A program made the position numbers and the translations under genes. 64,000 nucleotides of DNA from a virus: the IMG/VR virus record IMGVR_UViG_3300022589_000001. The stretch is one strand, 5' to 3'. This document shows positions 48,904-58,611 of this stretch, piece by piece (positions within the stretch are counted from its first letter, which is position 1; each line of letters opens with the position of its first letter). The notes below the pieces were generated by a model. It was given only the letters and a program-made list of their open reading frames with translations. It was not told where the DNA came from and made no database searches.

Positions 48904-51209
48904 CTGTGTTTAACCCTCATTAAAGTTTCTTGCTGCTTACCAAGATTGAAAGCAGATTTAAAGTCACCAGTCAAGTAGCCAGTTACACGGCGCAAACGCT
49001 GAATTTCGGTGCAGCCGCACATTGGACATTCATCGTTAATTTCATCAGTATAGCCACAATTCATACAAGTATCATTTGGGACATTAACTGCGAAATAAGG
49101 AATGTCTTTATTCATAGCATAGTCAACAATCATTTCTAATGCATCAATATTATTCTTAATACCAGAGTCAAGCTCTACATAAGTAATACAACCAGCAGAA
49201 GAATAACCAGTCAACTGAGATTCAATATCAATCTTTTCAAAAGGACTCATTTCTCTCCAAACAGGAACATGGATACTGTTAGTAAAGAAGTCTTTATCAG
49301 AAACATTAGGAATTCTGCCATACTTAGCCTGGAATTTCTTCATAGCGGTGTAGCAGAGATTCTCAGCAGGAGTATAGTAAACACCAAAGTTCAACTGATA
49401 TTGTCGCTTGAATTCGGCACAGCGGTCTTTAAACAACTGTTCAATTCTCTTAGCAAGCTCCATACCTTTTTCAGTAGTATGGTCACAACCAATTAAAATT
49501 TGAAGTGTTTCTGCTAATCCAAGCTGACCAAGTGCTAATGTACCATGCTTCAATGCAGAACGAATGTCCTTACCATCATATCCTGCCATAGTTCCGTTCT
49601 CATACATGAACTTAGCCGCACTTGACTTCTGAGAGCAAATATACTCAAAACGCTCGAGCAGCATATCTTTTGCTTCGTGAATCTTTACATCCAAGAGTTG
49701 CATAAAGAACTCAATGGTGTCGTTCTCAAGGTCGCCGCAAGGCGTAATTTCATAATACTTAACAGCCTGCATAGCTAAAGTAGGCATAATAACAGTTACA
49801 GGGCAAATATTGCCACGGCCATCTTTACGCTGACCGAGACCGTTAATATCCCAACCATTAGCAGTTCTACAACCCATAGTAGAGAAATAAGTACAAGGGT
49901 CATTTACATCATAACCAGCGTTACCAGACCAATCCACATTCGCATAGTTAGGATAAAGTCTTGTTGCAGTAGACGCAAGAGCCATTCTCTTCAAATCATA
50001 GTTAGGAGTACCTGGCTCTTTATTAACACCAGACATAAGCTGGAAGATACCACAAGGGAAGATAGAGGTCTTGCGCAAACGACCAGTTCCTTTAAGAGAA
50101 CCATCAATAAGAGCTTTGATAACTAATCTACCTTCTGGGCTTGTACAAGTACCATAGTTAATAGAAGTGAAAGGAAGCTGGTTGCCGCTTCTGGACTGAA
50201 GAGTATTGAGGTTGTGATACATACCCTCAACAGCCTGCTTAGTTTCACAAATAGTATCATAAAGTGCGCCTTGGTAAAGAACTGGGTCAAGTTTTGCCTT
50301 ATTGTCCAATCTAAAGTCAGCTTCTGTTAAACCAAACTTATTAAGGAATACGGCTTTATTTTCATCAACCCACTCGTCAAATTTATTACGAATAATTCCA
50401 ACTTCATCTTTATAGTTGTCGAACAACATACCCATTAAATCCAATCCCAAGAAATCAGGAGTTGTCTTTAAGTATCCAACAACATAGTGCTTAAAGAAAG
50501 ACTTGCGCACATATGGAACAGCAGTCCAGTCAAGGTGAGTTGCAGAAACGCCACCAAACTGCTGTAAACTCTGAAGCTGGAATAAAACAGCAACGAGCTG
50601 GAACATTGTATTCACAGAGTTAGCTGGGCGCACGTCTGTCTGACGAGTATTAAAACCATTAGCGAGCAAATCATCAAATGGAATAGAAAGACAGTTGTGC
50701 ATACCAACGGCATATGCGCCAAGGTCATGAATATAAATTTCATTATTCTCGTGGTTAGCACGAGCCATAGGAGAAACGCAGAAATCTAATGCGTATCTCT
50801 TGGTTAAATAATCAGTAGCTTCGCCCATTCTTCCGCCGAAAGAATGTTCATCAACGTTTGCGTTCTGGTTCTGAACGTTGGAAGCCTGAAGCTTTTCTGA
50901 AATAGCAGCCAAGAAATCATCTGAGTAGTTTCTTGCTACTTCCTTCTTATATCTATAACGAATATATGCGCGGGCTACGTCACGACGCTCGGAGCGCATG
51001 AGAAAGTCCTCAACACAATTCTGAATAGCTTCAACGGAAATATCAGAAGAAGATTTTTCTACTAAACTTTCAATTTCATCAGCAATATCTTCGGCAGTAT
51101 CAGTTTCGTACAAAATGCCATCAACATCTAAGAACGCACTATTAATAGCATTAATTATCTTTTGTTTGTCAAAAGGAACTTGTGTTCCATCTCTTTTAAC
51201 AATATACAT
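48900..51209 (-). CDS. nrdD: Anaerobic ribonucleoside-triphosphate reductase (class III, glycyl radical) of 769 aa.
   Basis: An N-terminal ATP-cone (MYIVKRDGTQVPFDKQKIINAI) is present. The C-terminal Zn-ribbon reads CMNCGYTDEINDECPMCGC and the glycyl-radical motif is RRVTGYLTG. Confidence 0.9.
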   Translation of the reverse strand: MYIVKRDGTQVPFDKQKIINAINSAFLDVDGILYETDTAEDIADEIESLVEKSSSDISVEAIQNCVEDFLMRSERRDVARAYIRYRYKKEVARNYSDDFLAAISEKLQASNVQNQNANVDEHSFGGRMGEATDYLTKRYALDFCVSPMARANHENNEIYIHDLGAYAVGMHNCLSIPFDDLLANGFNTRQTDVRPANSVNTMFQLVAVLFQLQSLQQFGGVSATHLDWTAVPYVRKSFFKHYVVGYLKTTPDFLGLDLMGMLFDNYKDEVGIIRNKFDEWVDENKAVFLNKFGLTEADFRLDNKAKLDPVLYQGALYDTICETKQAVEGMYHNLNTLQSRSGNQLPFTSINYGTCTSPEGRLVIKALIDGSLKGTGRLRKTSIFPCGIFQLMSGVNKEPGTPNYDLKRMALASTATRLYPNYANVDWSGNAGYDVNDPCTYFSTMGCRTANGWDINGLGQRKDGRGNICPVTVIMPTLAMQAVKYYEITPCGDLENDTIEFFMQLLDVKIHEAKDMLLERFEYICSQKSSAAKFMYENGTMAGYDGKDIRSALKHGTLALGQLGLAETLQILIGCDHTTEKGMELAKRIEQLFKDRCAEFKRQYQLNFGVYYTPAENLCYTAMKKFQAKYGRIPNVSDKDFFTNSIHVPVWREMSPFEKIDIESQLTGYSSAGCITYVELDSGIKNNIDALEMIVDYAMNKDIPYFAVNVPNDTCMNCGYTDEINDECPMCGCTEIQRLRRVTGYLTGDFKSAFNLGKQQETLMRVKHR

Positions 51210-51330
51210 AAATTATTGTTCTCCTTCCTTATAAAAAATGAATAGATAAAAATGGAGATAGAAACCCCATACATTATATGAGAATTTATATAACCAAATT
51301 TACCTATTCTGCCCTCAGTCCGCCGCTGGT

Positions 51331-51891
51331 TTAGAGCTGGGACACAATCGTCCTTACAGCTGCCCTAAATTCTTCTCGAGTGTCATTCGGTAGGACTTGG
51401 AATTCGAACCCCAAATCTGAAAAGTCATCTCTATCAGCCTTAAATCTGCGGATAATTTCATCCACGTCTGGATTCTCTTCTCTATTAAGTTGACGAATTA
51501 ATCTATTTTTATCAGTAGCATGAACATAGTACACGGTCACATCCACAAGTGGAGACTCCAAGAGAGCGTCAATACCATCAGGATTGAATACTCCAATGTT
51601 CACAACGTTTTCGTCAAGTGACTGGAGGGCCGTCCCGTAGAACCAGTCATTAAAACAAGTTGCTTCCAGCATTTCCATATTGAGAACCTTGGCCGCAAAT
51701 TGCTCATTTGTAAGGTAGAAGTAGTTTACCCCTTCTTTTTCACCCTCGCGCATTGGGCGCGTAGTACAGCTAATAATCTCATGTAGGCCTGGCGCAGCTT
51801 CTAAAACAGCCTGCATCACAGAGTCCTTGCCTGCGCCAGCCTCTCCAATTAACGCAACAATTTTATACATCTGCGTCCTCCTCAAACTCAT
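51331..51891 (-). CDS. Guanylate-kinase-like nucleoside monophosphate kinase of 186 aa.
   Basis: The P-loop reads IVALIGEAGAGKDS. The Gmk-type motif is TTRPMREGEKEGVNYFYL, which compares with TTR.PR.GE.DG.DY.FV. Confidence 0.65.
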   Translation of the reverse strand: MSLRRTQMYKIVALIGEAGAGKDSVMQAVLEAAPGLHEIISCTTRPMREGEKEGVNYFYLTNEQFAAKVLNMEMLEATCFNDWFYGTALQSLDENVVNIGVFNPDGIDALLESPLVDVTVYYVHATDKNRLIRQLNREENPDVDEIIRRFKADRDDFSDLGFEFQVLPNDTREEFRAAVRTIVSQL

Positions 51892-52090
51892 ATCTCAGCA
51901 CTCCTGGTACCTCCCCTTCCCAGAAAGTCTGACGCCCATCACAGTCCTTATTAGTGCATTCAAAAGGATATTGCGCGGGGTAAGAAGTCAATACCATGCC
52001 TGTGTGGCGCATAATCGCGCCACACTTATCACAGTATGCTTCTTCAATATAAGCTCTTTTTACATATTTCTTTTTAAGCATCTTCCTCAA
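51863..52090 (-). CDS. Small Zn-ribbon protein of 75 aa. It overlaps the dnaE 3' end and the kinase 5' end.
   Basis: It contains CDKCGA...CTNKDC. The overlaps are 17 nt and about 8-29 nt, suggesting coupled translation. Confidence 0.55.
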   Translation of the reverse strand: MRKMLKKKYVKRAYIEEAYCDKCGAIMRHTGMVLTSYPAQYPFECTNKDCDGRQTFWEGEVPGVLRYEFEEDADV

Positions 52091-55000
52091 TACCTCTTTG
52101 ATATCTCTGGTCTTTCAATACCAAGTCACCATTTTCGTCAATGCTTTCAATTCTATACAACTGATGTCCACCAGTACTCTGATACTTCTTGGCAACAAAA
52201 TCATCACCAGAACGAATACCTTGAACAACAATCATATTTCCACGATTGAACCAAGATTTCTCAACTACGTGCTTAACACCATCAGCTCCCTTTTCGGAAA
52301 TCTGCTTGTCAAACAATGAGAAATATTCTTTTCTGAATTTAACATCAACAACTCCTGAATTTGTCAACAGAGTTACTGTGCTCTTGGTTTTATTCTTTGC
52401 AATACAAGTTCCACAAATCTTGTGAATCTTAAAAATCTTAACTTCTTGTCCTGCACGAGACATGAAGGTTCTTTCAACAATCGGTTCTTCTGGCAGGCTG
52501 TGGAAATTAACCAAACCATATTTACCCATGTTTACATCTTTCAACTCATGGTCATGATAATAGAAGCAAAGCACTTCCATCTCCCAAGCGGAGATATTTC
52601 CAAGAGCATATTTATTCCAATCTTCAAGGAAGATTTGAGTATTCAAAGCTTGTAAAATTCCATCTTTATCAGATGCAATCCAATTACGAACTTTATCCAT
52701 CCAAGGCTGATATGCTTTCTTATCCCATTCGCTTATATTTAACATATAGTTATCTGCTACGACATTGAGCAATCCTTCATATCCTAATTCCATTACGAAG
52801 TTTAATCCTCTTTCATCAAGATAGTAATACTTAGGGTCTCTGCCCTTGCACATAGCTTTGAGATATCTATTGAATTCAAAAACTCTTTTTGCAGTTACAA
52901 GGTCTTCATTTTCAGTTGGAATGATACCATACTTAATCAATCCACCCATATTCTGCAAAGTAATTCTCTTTTTCTTATCACAAGTTTCCCAGAGATACCA
53001 TCCCATACAAAGTTTTCTATCCATCATTTCATCAAAGGCTCCGCCCTTAATCAAAGAAATCATAGCCTGCTTGCCAGGTTTAACTTTGTTTAAGAAATCT
53101 CTTGGAGAAACATAAGGTCTGTTTGCAATCGTGTTAGCAATAACATCATCACCGACATTCAACATACCCTTCAAACCGAACAAGATTCTATTGTTCTCAA
53201 CGTCCGGCGCAAAACCATAGTCAGACTTGTTGATATTTGCCAAACTAACTTTGATACCAACTGACATAATATCTCCAATTGCTTTCGCAATCTTACCATA
53301 GTCAGTTGAGCCACCTGCTTCTTCATCAGTCGCACCACTGTTTACAATTAAGCAAGCAGTGTTCCAATAAATCGGATTGAAATTGATTACAAAGTAGATA
53401 GATTGCATACCAACAAAAGAATAAGGAAGTGAATGGTTCAAGCTAAACGCATAACCAAGCTGAGGCGCAATCGCATTTTCCCAGAAATAGTCAGCAACCA
53501 TTCTGTCCTCAAAGCTTCCATATACCTGTTCGCGCAACTCTGGAATCTTGCTCATTTGTTTCTTACCAACAATCTTACGAGCGTTATTTGCTTCACCGAG
53601 CGTAAATCCGGCAACATCCATAAGAAGTTCCATCATCTGCTCCTGGAGAGCGCAACATCCCCAATACTGGTCACAATGTTTATGCATTAACTCTCTCTGT
53701 TGGTCAGTAAATCTTGCTCTCTGCATTTCTGCATCGAATACTTCCAAGCCTTGATTCTGAATACGAACATATCTGTCCTGCTGAGACTCCTTGCCTTTTT
53801 CAGACATAAGTCTCATCATAGCGTTCGCTGCAGTCATCTCCATAGGGTTTTGAGGTTTAAGCTTTTTCGCAATCGCCAAACCTACGCCAGTAGAGAACTG
53901 GAATACGTCAAGAACATCACCCAAAGCCAAATGTTCCCAAAGTCTTGGGTCTGTCGTATCCATAATCTCAGGATGAATGTATTTATTATATAATTCACGA
54001 ATTGTGAATTCAGCTTCAACAACTTTATCTTTCTGTAATAACTCGAAACACTTGATAATTTTATCAGAAATTTCAGTTACAAGGAAGTCGTACTTTGTAT
54101 CACCCGCTGCTTCCGCTTTATGTAGGTCGTAGCAAGTAATCAAGTCGCCTCCTGGAGTCTTCATGAAAGATGCAGTTTCAAATGGGTCATCACCATAAAG
54201 AATAACACCAGACGCATGAGAAGAACGCTTATTTACAAGACCTTCAATTCTTTCAATAATATCCAAAAGACCAGGATATTGATTTACTTCACGAATGAAA
54301 GCCTGAACTGGTTTTCTACCTTTTTCCTCACTACCATGAATAACTTCACTAATAGACCACAAAAATCCACGCTCTTGTGGAATCAGCGAAGACATGTATT
54401 GAGCTTGGTCAACATCAATTCCATCTGGGAAGTCATCACTCCTGTAGCCTCTGCAAGCCGTGAGAACTGCTGACTTAGTTCCTTCAGTTCCGAAAGTTGC
54501 GACCTGAATGAGTCCGAATTCTCCTCGCTCTTTTCTGATAGCTTCGAAGATTGCTGGTCGTTTACTTGGTGCCAAGTCAATGTCGATATCTGGCAACTCT
54601 GCTCTTTCTTTATTGAGGAATCGCCAGTAAGGCAACTTCCATCTGATTGGGTCGAGCTGAGTGATTCCAAGTAAGTAGTTCGATAGGAATCCAGTTGCTG
54701 AACCTCGTCCAGGGCCAACTGTACTTCCGCATTCCCAAAATAAGTCGATGTAGTGCTTAAAGGTGTTGAAATATGCGAATAAGCAGTCATCTAACTTCTC
54801 TCCAATATATTTAATTACATCAGCTTCGATTTCCAATCTCTGAGCATATTCACTATTGCCATCGAGATTCATTTCAATCAACTTGTTGATGCATTCATTT
54901 GCCCAGTATCTTTCTTGAACATTATCAGACACCAACAAATCACGAATTGTTGGATACATATCCCATTCCCAAGCAGAACACTTAGGATAATCTTTTACTT

Positions 55001-55955
55001 CAACCTTTGGAATAATCTGATTTCTTTCAAGAGAATACCAAGTAATTTTATCTTTAACTTCATTAGTATTATCTAAAATCCACTGAACAATATCTGCAGG
55101 ATCTTCGTGAATATCCTCTGCATCAAAACATGGTTTCAAAAGTTCAGTTACTTCTTCTACAGTCATCAAACGAGAGAACTCGTAGAAAGAGTCAACCTCA
55201 CGCTCGCCACCTTTAGAATTCAGATAAGCCTTATGAACTTGTCTATCTTCAGTTGTAAGATAATGTGCATCTGTTCCCACAACCATCTTAACGCCCATTG
55301 CTTTTGCAATTCTATAGAGCTTATGATTAACAATCATCTGGTCCTGCATAGTGGAAGGCGCACATTCAATATAGAAATCATCACCAAAAACATCTTTACA
55401 AAATGTGACAAATTCTACAATCTGACTATGATACTCGCGCATTGCTTTAGTATCATTCACATCGGCCGCAAGTTCCATAGCCAAAGCTAAAGTGGAAAGT
55501 TCTCCACCCATACATGCTGTAGTCGCAACCACATGACCTCTATACTTATTCATTACCTCTTGGAGTTCAGATTTAAGCAGAGGTACACGCTCCATTCGTC
55601 TATCTTCATAGCTATTATACCATGCGATAGAACTCATTTCACGAAGAGCTTTGTGACCCAAAGCATCTTTCGCACCAAGAATGAAGTGGTAATATTTTTG
55701 ACCACGACTTCTATCTTCAGTTAAATAAATCTCATTGCCAAGACCAATCGTGAAATCTGGGTCAATTTCTTTTAGCTTCTTTGCATACTGATTTACCTCC
55801 ATGTGTGCTGAAAGACACTCATGGTCGGTAATCATAATGCCACTGAGACCCATCTCTCTGGCTTTGTCAATGAGAGCTTTTGGTTTGTTAATACAGTCTA
55901 ACAAACGGATATTGGAATATTCTGTGTGATTATGAATCCCGAAATAAGTTCCCAT
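52074..55955 (-). CDS. dnaE: DNA polymerase III alpha subunit (DnaE-type replicative polymerase) of 1293 aa with an N-terminal PHP domain.
   Basis: The N-terminus reads MGTYFGIHNHTEYSNIRLLD, the PHP His cluster. Size is right and the TFGTEG-type motifs of the DnaE palm are present. Confidence 0.85.
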   Translation of the reverse strand: MGTYFGIHNHTEYSNIRLLDCINKPKALIDKAREMGLSGIMITDHECLSAHMEVNQYAKKLKEIDPDFTIGLGNEIYLTEDRSRGQKYYHFILGAKDALGHKALREMSSIAWYNSYEDRRMERVPLLKSELQEVMNKYRGHVVATTACMGGELSTLALAMELAADVNDTKAMREYHSQIVEFVTFCKDVFGDDFYIECAPSTMQDQMIVNHKLYRIAKAMGVKMVVGTDAHYLTTEDRQVHKAYLNSKGGEREVDSFYEFSRLMTVEEVTELLKPCFDAEDIHEDPADIVQWILDNTNEVKDKITWYSLERNQIIPKVEVKDYPKCSAWEWDMYPTIRDLLVSDNVQERYWANECINKLIEMNLDGNSEYAQRLEIEADVIKYIGEKLDDCLFAYFNTFKHYIDLFWECGSTVGPGRGSATGFLSNYLLGITQLDPIRWKLPYWRFLNKERAELPDIDIDLAPSKRPAIFEAIRKERGEFGLIQVATFGTEGTKSAVLTACRGYRSDDFPDGIDVDQAQYMSSLIPQERGFLWSISEVIHGSEEKGRKPVQAFIREVNQYPGLLDIIERIEGLVNKRSSHASGVILYGDDPFETASFMKTPGGDLITCYDLHKAEAAGDTKYDFLVTEISDKIIKCFELLQKDKVVEAEFTIRELYNKYIHPEIMDTTDPRLWEHLALGDVLDVFQFSTGVGLAIAKKLKPQNPMEMTAANAMMRLMSEKGKESQQDRYVRIQNQGLEVFDAEMQRARFTDQQRELMHKHCDQYWGCCALQEQMMELLMDVAGFTLGEANNARKIVGKKQMSKIPELREQVYGSFEDRMVADYFWENAIAPQLGYAFSLNHSLPYSFVGMQSIYFVINFNPIYWNTACLIVNSGATDEEAGGSTDYGKIAKAIGDIMSVGIKVSLANINKSDYGFAPDVENNRILFGLKGMLNVGDDVIANTIANRPYVSPRDFLNKVKPGKQAMISLIKGGAFDEMMDRKLCMGWYLWETCDKKKRITLQNMGGLIKYGIIPTENEDLVTAKRVFEFNRYLKAMCKGRDPKYYYLDERGLNFVMELGYEGLLNVVADNYMLNISEWDKKAYQPWMDKVRNWIASDKDGILQALNTQIFLEDWNKYALGNISAWEMEVLCFYYHDHELKDVNMGKYGLVNFHSLPEEPIVERTFMSRAGQEVKIFKIHKICGTCIAKNKTKSTVTLLTNSGVVDVKFRKEYFSLFDKQISEKGADGVKHVVEKSWFNRGNMIVVQGIRSGDDFVAKKYQSTGGHQLYRIESIDENGDLVLKDQRYQRGIEEDA

Positions 55956-55995
55956 TCGACTTTTCCTTTCATCTTTTTATAACTTCTTTACTTAT

Positions 55996-56024
55996 ATTAT
56001 ATCATATTTTTCATTAAATGTCAA
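55996..56024 (-). promoter_or_regulatory. Perfect consensus sigma-A promoter on the minus strand: TTGACA, 17 nt, TGaTATAAT. It lies upstream of dnaE.
   Basis: On the minus strand, ttgaca is the complement of 56019..56024 and tataat the complement of 55996..56001. The -35 box overlaps the stop codon of the 61-aa ORF. Confidence 0.75.
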
Positions 56025-56199
56025 CTGGTTGCCCGTCAGCTTCAAGTCTATCCAAAAGGACTTGTAAGATGTAGGCTGCCGCAGTAAAATCTGTTGTTTG
56101 GTCAAGCAAGAATCTGGCAAAAGCTTCACTCTTAACAATACGACTTACTTCATCTAAGTTAACTTCAACTTCCATATTCCAATCTATTTTTTCTGCCAT
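56014..56199 (-). CDS. Hypothetical small acidic protein of 61 aa.
   Basis: The ORF lies 1 nt after the upstream gene stop. Confidence 0.45.
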   Translation of the reverse strand: MAEKIDWNMEVEVNLDEVSRIVKSEAFARFLLDQTTDFTAAAYILQVLLDRLEADGQPVDI

Positions 56200-56200
56200 A

Positions 56201-56827
56201 TTATTTTACCTCTTTATAATAATACTCATACATTAACTTCCAAGTAGCAAACAAATGTCTGTACATCGGAGGAATCCACCAAGAGCTGCCACAGAGGACT
56301 ACTCTATCAATTTTATCAAGATATTTTTCTAATTTATAAAAATCAAATGGAAGCTCTAATACTTCTTGAGGGTAATACTTTGCGTCAATAATATCAGTGT
56401 CAAATTCTGAATTGCCATTAGCAACCCATGTGTAACTATTGATGCGATCTCGGTCAGTTAGATATTTTACCCAGTCACCAACGCTTGCAAAATCTAACTC
56501 TTCATCCCAGTGTTGACAAATATATCCATATCCAATGTCATGATGATAATCTACATTGATTAAATCAAATTTCTCTAAGTCAGCAGTACAATCTACAATT
56601 TCCGCATGATTATCAATGAAATAAAAAACATCTTTATCTAAGCGTTCAAAAAGTTTCATTAAAAACTCTGTTAAATTTTGATATAAACCAAGGTCGGCCG
56701 TAGCTCCCCACATATGAGGGAAATGAGTTGCCATATCTTCAAATTTATATTCTTCTCTAATAAAATTGTTATAGGTAGGTAAACTTAAATACATAATTGT
56801 ATCAAAATCAATAGTTAATACTGTCAT
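56201..56827 (-). CDS. Hypothetical protein of 208 aa with His/Asp-rich candidate metal-binding motifs (IDNHAEI, VDYHHDIGYG).
   Basis: The motifs were read from the translation and are reminiscent of metal-dependent hydrolase signatures. No family is assigned. Confidence 0.6.
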   Translation of the reverse strand: MTVLTIDFDTIMYLSLPTYNNFIREEYKFEDMATHFPHMWGATADLGLYQNLTEFLMKLFERLDKDVFYFIDNHAEIVDCTADLEKFDLINVDYHHDIGYGYICQHWDEELDFASVGDWVKYLTDRDRINSYTWVANGNSEFDTDIIDAKYYPQEVLELPFDFYKLEKYLDKIDRVVLCGSSWWIPPMYRHLFATWKLMYEYYYKEVK

Positions 56828-58005
56828 CTATAATTCCTCACAATCACTAATCTATCTACTGCACGAGTAGCGGCCGTATAGAGCCAGCGCGCATGCATTT
56901 CTGCATCACCTTTAAGCCACTCTTCAAGAACTAAAACTTTACCATATTCAGAACCCTGTGACTTATGGCAAGTAATACAATAGCCATAATCAAATTCTTT
57001 AGGCCTCCAAATCTTAGGGAAAGATTTCCAGTTTTTTTGATTTACTGTTGTTTCACCTTCGTTCAACAACTTATAATCCATATTTACATTTCTGAATATC
57101 AAATCTTGAGGTGACAGCATTAGGTCTTCATCCGTCACTCCCTCTGGTATAAAATCTGCTAACATTTGAGGTTTCAAGAAATAGTGGTTATCATTGAAAG
57201 TAACATTACTCAAATATCCGATACTTCCATTAACCATTACATCTCCCGCCTCGTTCGGATTCTCCCAGTCGTTGCGCACACAAATTACCTTATCCCCTTC
57301 GATAGGACGAGGGTCAGTGACGCCATGAATCATCTGGCGCATCTGATGATTTACCAGTCTTCTGGTTTCATTCTTCGCTACGATTACTTGGTCAGCCCAA
57401 GTAAGCATTCCGTCAACCATATCACACTGGTCAATAACCTGCACTTGCTTACCCTTAAAAAGTTCAAGAGGCTTGCCCGCACGAATGTCCATAGTCAACT
57501 TAATAATTTCACTATCTTCCTCTTGGCGCATAATCTCGTCCAAAAAGATATGAGCATCCTTAAGAACTCCATTATCTTTACCTACTGGTGGCAGCTGGAA
57601 CGGGTCACCAAGAGCAATAACATGAATATTATGAGAAAGAAGCAACTGCCAAATTTCATCAGGCAACATAGAAATCTCGTCTACAACAATTAACTTATAA
57701 GGATAAATTGGTCTACGAGGTCTGTGTGCGAAGGTGCCATCATTTCTCGGATAAGATTGATAAAGTAGTCTATGTGCGGTCATGGCATTGGGGCAACCTT
57801 TGTCCTTGAGGACAAGGGCTGCTTTGCCAGTAAAAGCGATATATGCAATATCGGTTTGACGGAGGTTTAGAGCGGATACAATGAACTTAACCAGAGTGGA
57901 CTTTCCTGTACCGGCGTAACCAGCAATACAGGTATATGGAGCGTCTTCATTGTAACGCTTTACAGCAAGCTCCAATCCTTCCTGTTGTTTCTTTGTTAAT
58001 TCCAT
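56824..58005 (-). CDS. RecD/Dda-like superfamily-1 DNA helicase of 393 aa.
   Basis: Walker A is GYAGTGKST and Walker B is LIVVDEISM. The C-terminal ITCHKSQGSEY is the RecD-family motif. Confidence 0.85.
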   Translation of the reverse strand: MELTKKQQEGLELAVKRYNEDAPYTCIAGYAGTGKSTLVKFIVSALNLRQTDIAYIAFTGKAALVLKDKGCPNAMTAHRLLYQSYPRNDGTFAHRPRRPIYPYKLIVVDEISMLPDEIWQLLLSHNIHVIALGDPFQLPPVGKDNGVLKDAHIFLDEIMRQEEDSEIIKLTMDIRAGKPLELFKGKQVQVIDQCDMVDGMLTWADQVIVAKNETRRLVNHQMRQMIHGVTDPRPIEGDKVICVRNDWENPNEAGDVMVNGSIGYLSNVTFNDNHYFLKPQMLADFIPEGVTDEDLMLSPQDLIFRNVNMDYKLLNEGETTVNQKNWKSFPKIWRPKEFDYGYCITCHKSQGSEYGKVLVLEEWLKGDAEMHARWLYTAATRAVDRLVIVRNYR

Positions 58006-58017
58006 TCATATTCTCCT

Positions 58018-58611
58018 TTATTCACAATAACAATCGGAATCATCATCGTCATCCCAATCATCATCTTCATATTCATAATCATCATCGTCGCTCGTCCACT
58101 CGGCGCTGTTGAATGCGGCAATGGGGTTCGAGAGATCGATATCTCGGCAAATCATGGTTTCATATGGGCAACCCCAAACGCAGCCTTCTACATAAAGGGT
58201 ATCTTCATCCCAATCAAAATAAATAGGACAGAAGCCACAGCCGAACTTTTTATCATCAATATCAACATATGACTTGGCTTCCATATCATCCAAGTTCACA
58301 ATAGTGATGCACTGGTAATCACCAGAAGTGATAATGTAATCTACCCCATTTTGTTCGACAAAAATTGCTTCAAAAGATGGGTAGTTGCGCACGAACTCAA
58401 ACATTACAGTACCATTACTGCAAATCTGAATGAGTGAAGAACCCCATACATGGTCGTCGGTAGCGTGCTTAAAACTCTGTTTAATAACACTATAAGGTTG
58501 AGGTAAATCTCTTACTTGATATGAAATATCCTTAACCTCATGAATAATATAATTTTCCAGTAAACGCTGCTTATCTAATAGTGCAACTTCTTGATAGTTT
58601 TGTCTTTGCAT
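58018..58611 (-). CDS. Cys-rich protein of 197 aa with an extremely acidic C-terminal tail (DDDDYEYEDDDWDDDDDSDCYCE). Function unknown.
   Basis: FGCGFCP...CVWGCP forms a putative Zn site. The tail is poly-Asp/Glu. Its start overlaps the upstream stop by 1 nt. Confidence 0.65.
   Translation of the reverse strand: MQRQNYQEVALLDKQRLLENYIIHEVKDISYQVRDLPQPYSVIKQSFKHATDDHVWGSSLIQICSNGTVMFEFVRNYPSFEAIFVEQNGVDYIITSGDYQCITIVNLDDMEAKSYVDIDDKKFGCGFCPIYFDWDEDTLYVEGCVWGCPYETMICRDIDLSNPIAAFNSAEWTSDDDDYEYEDDDWDDDDDSDCYCE

Noticed and set aside
51210-51330. NrdR box or riboswitch upstream of nrdD
   Set aside because: No 16-bp NrdR-type palindrome (acaCwAtATaTwGtgt) and no conserved riboswitch-like structure were seen. 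Only a weak promoter-like TTGGTT...TATAAT with a 13-nt spacer.
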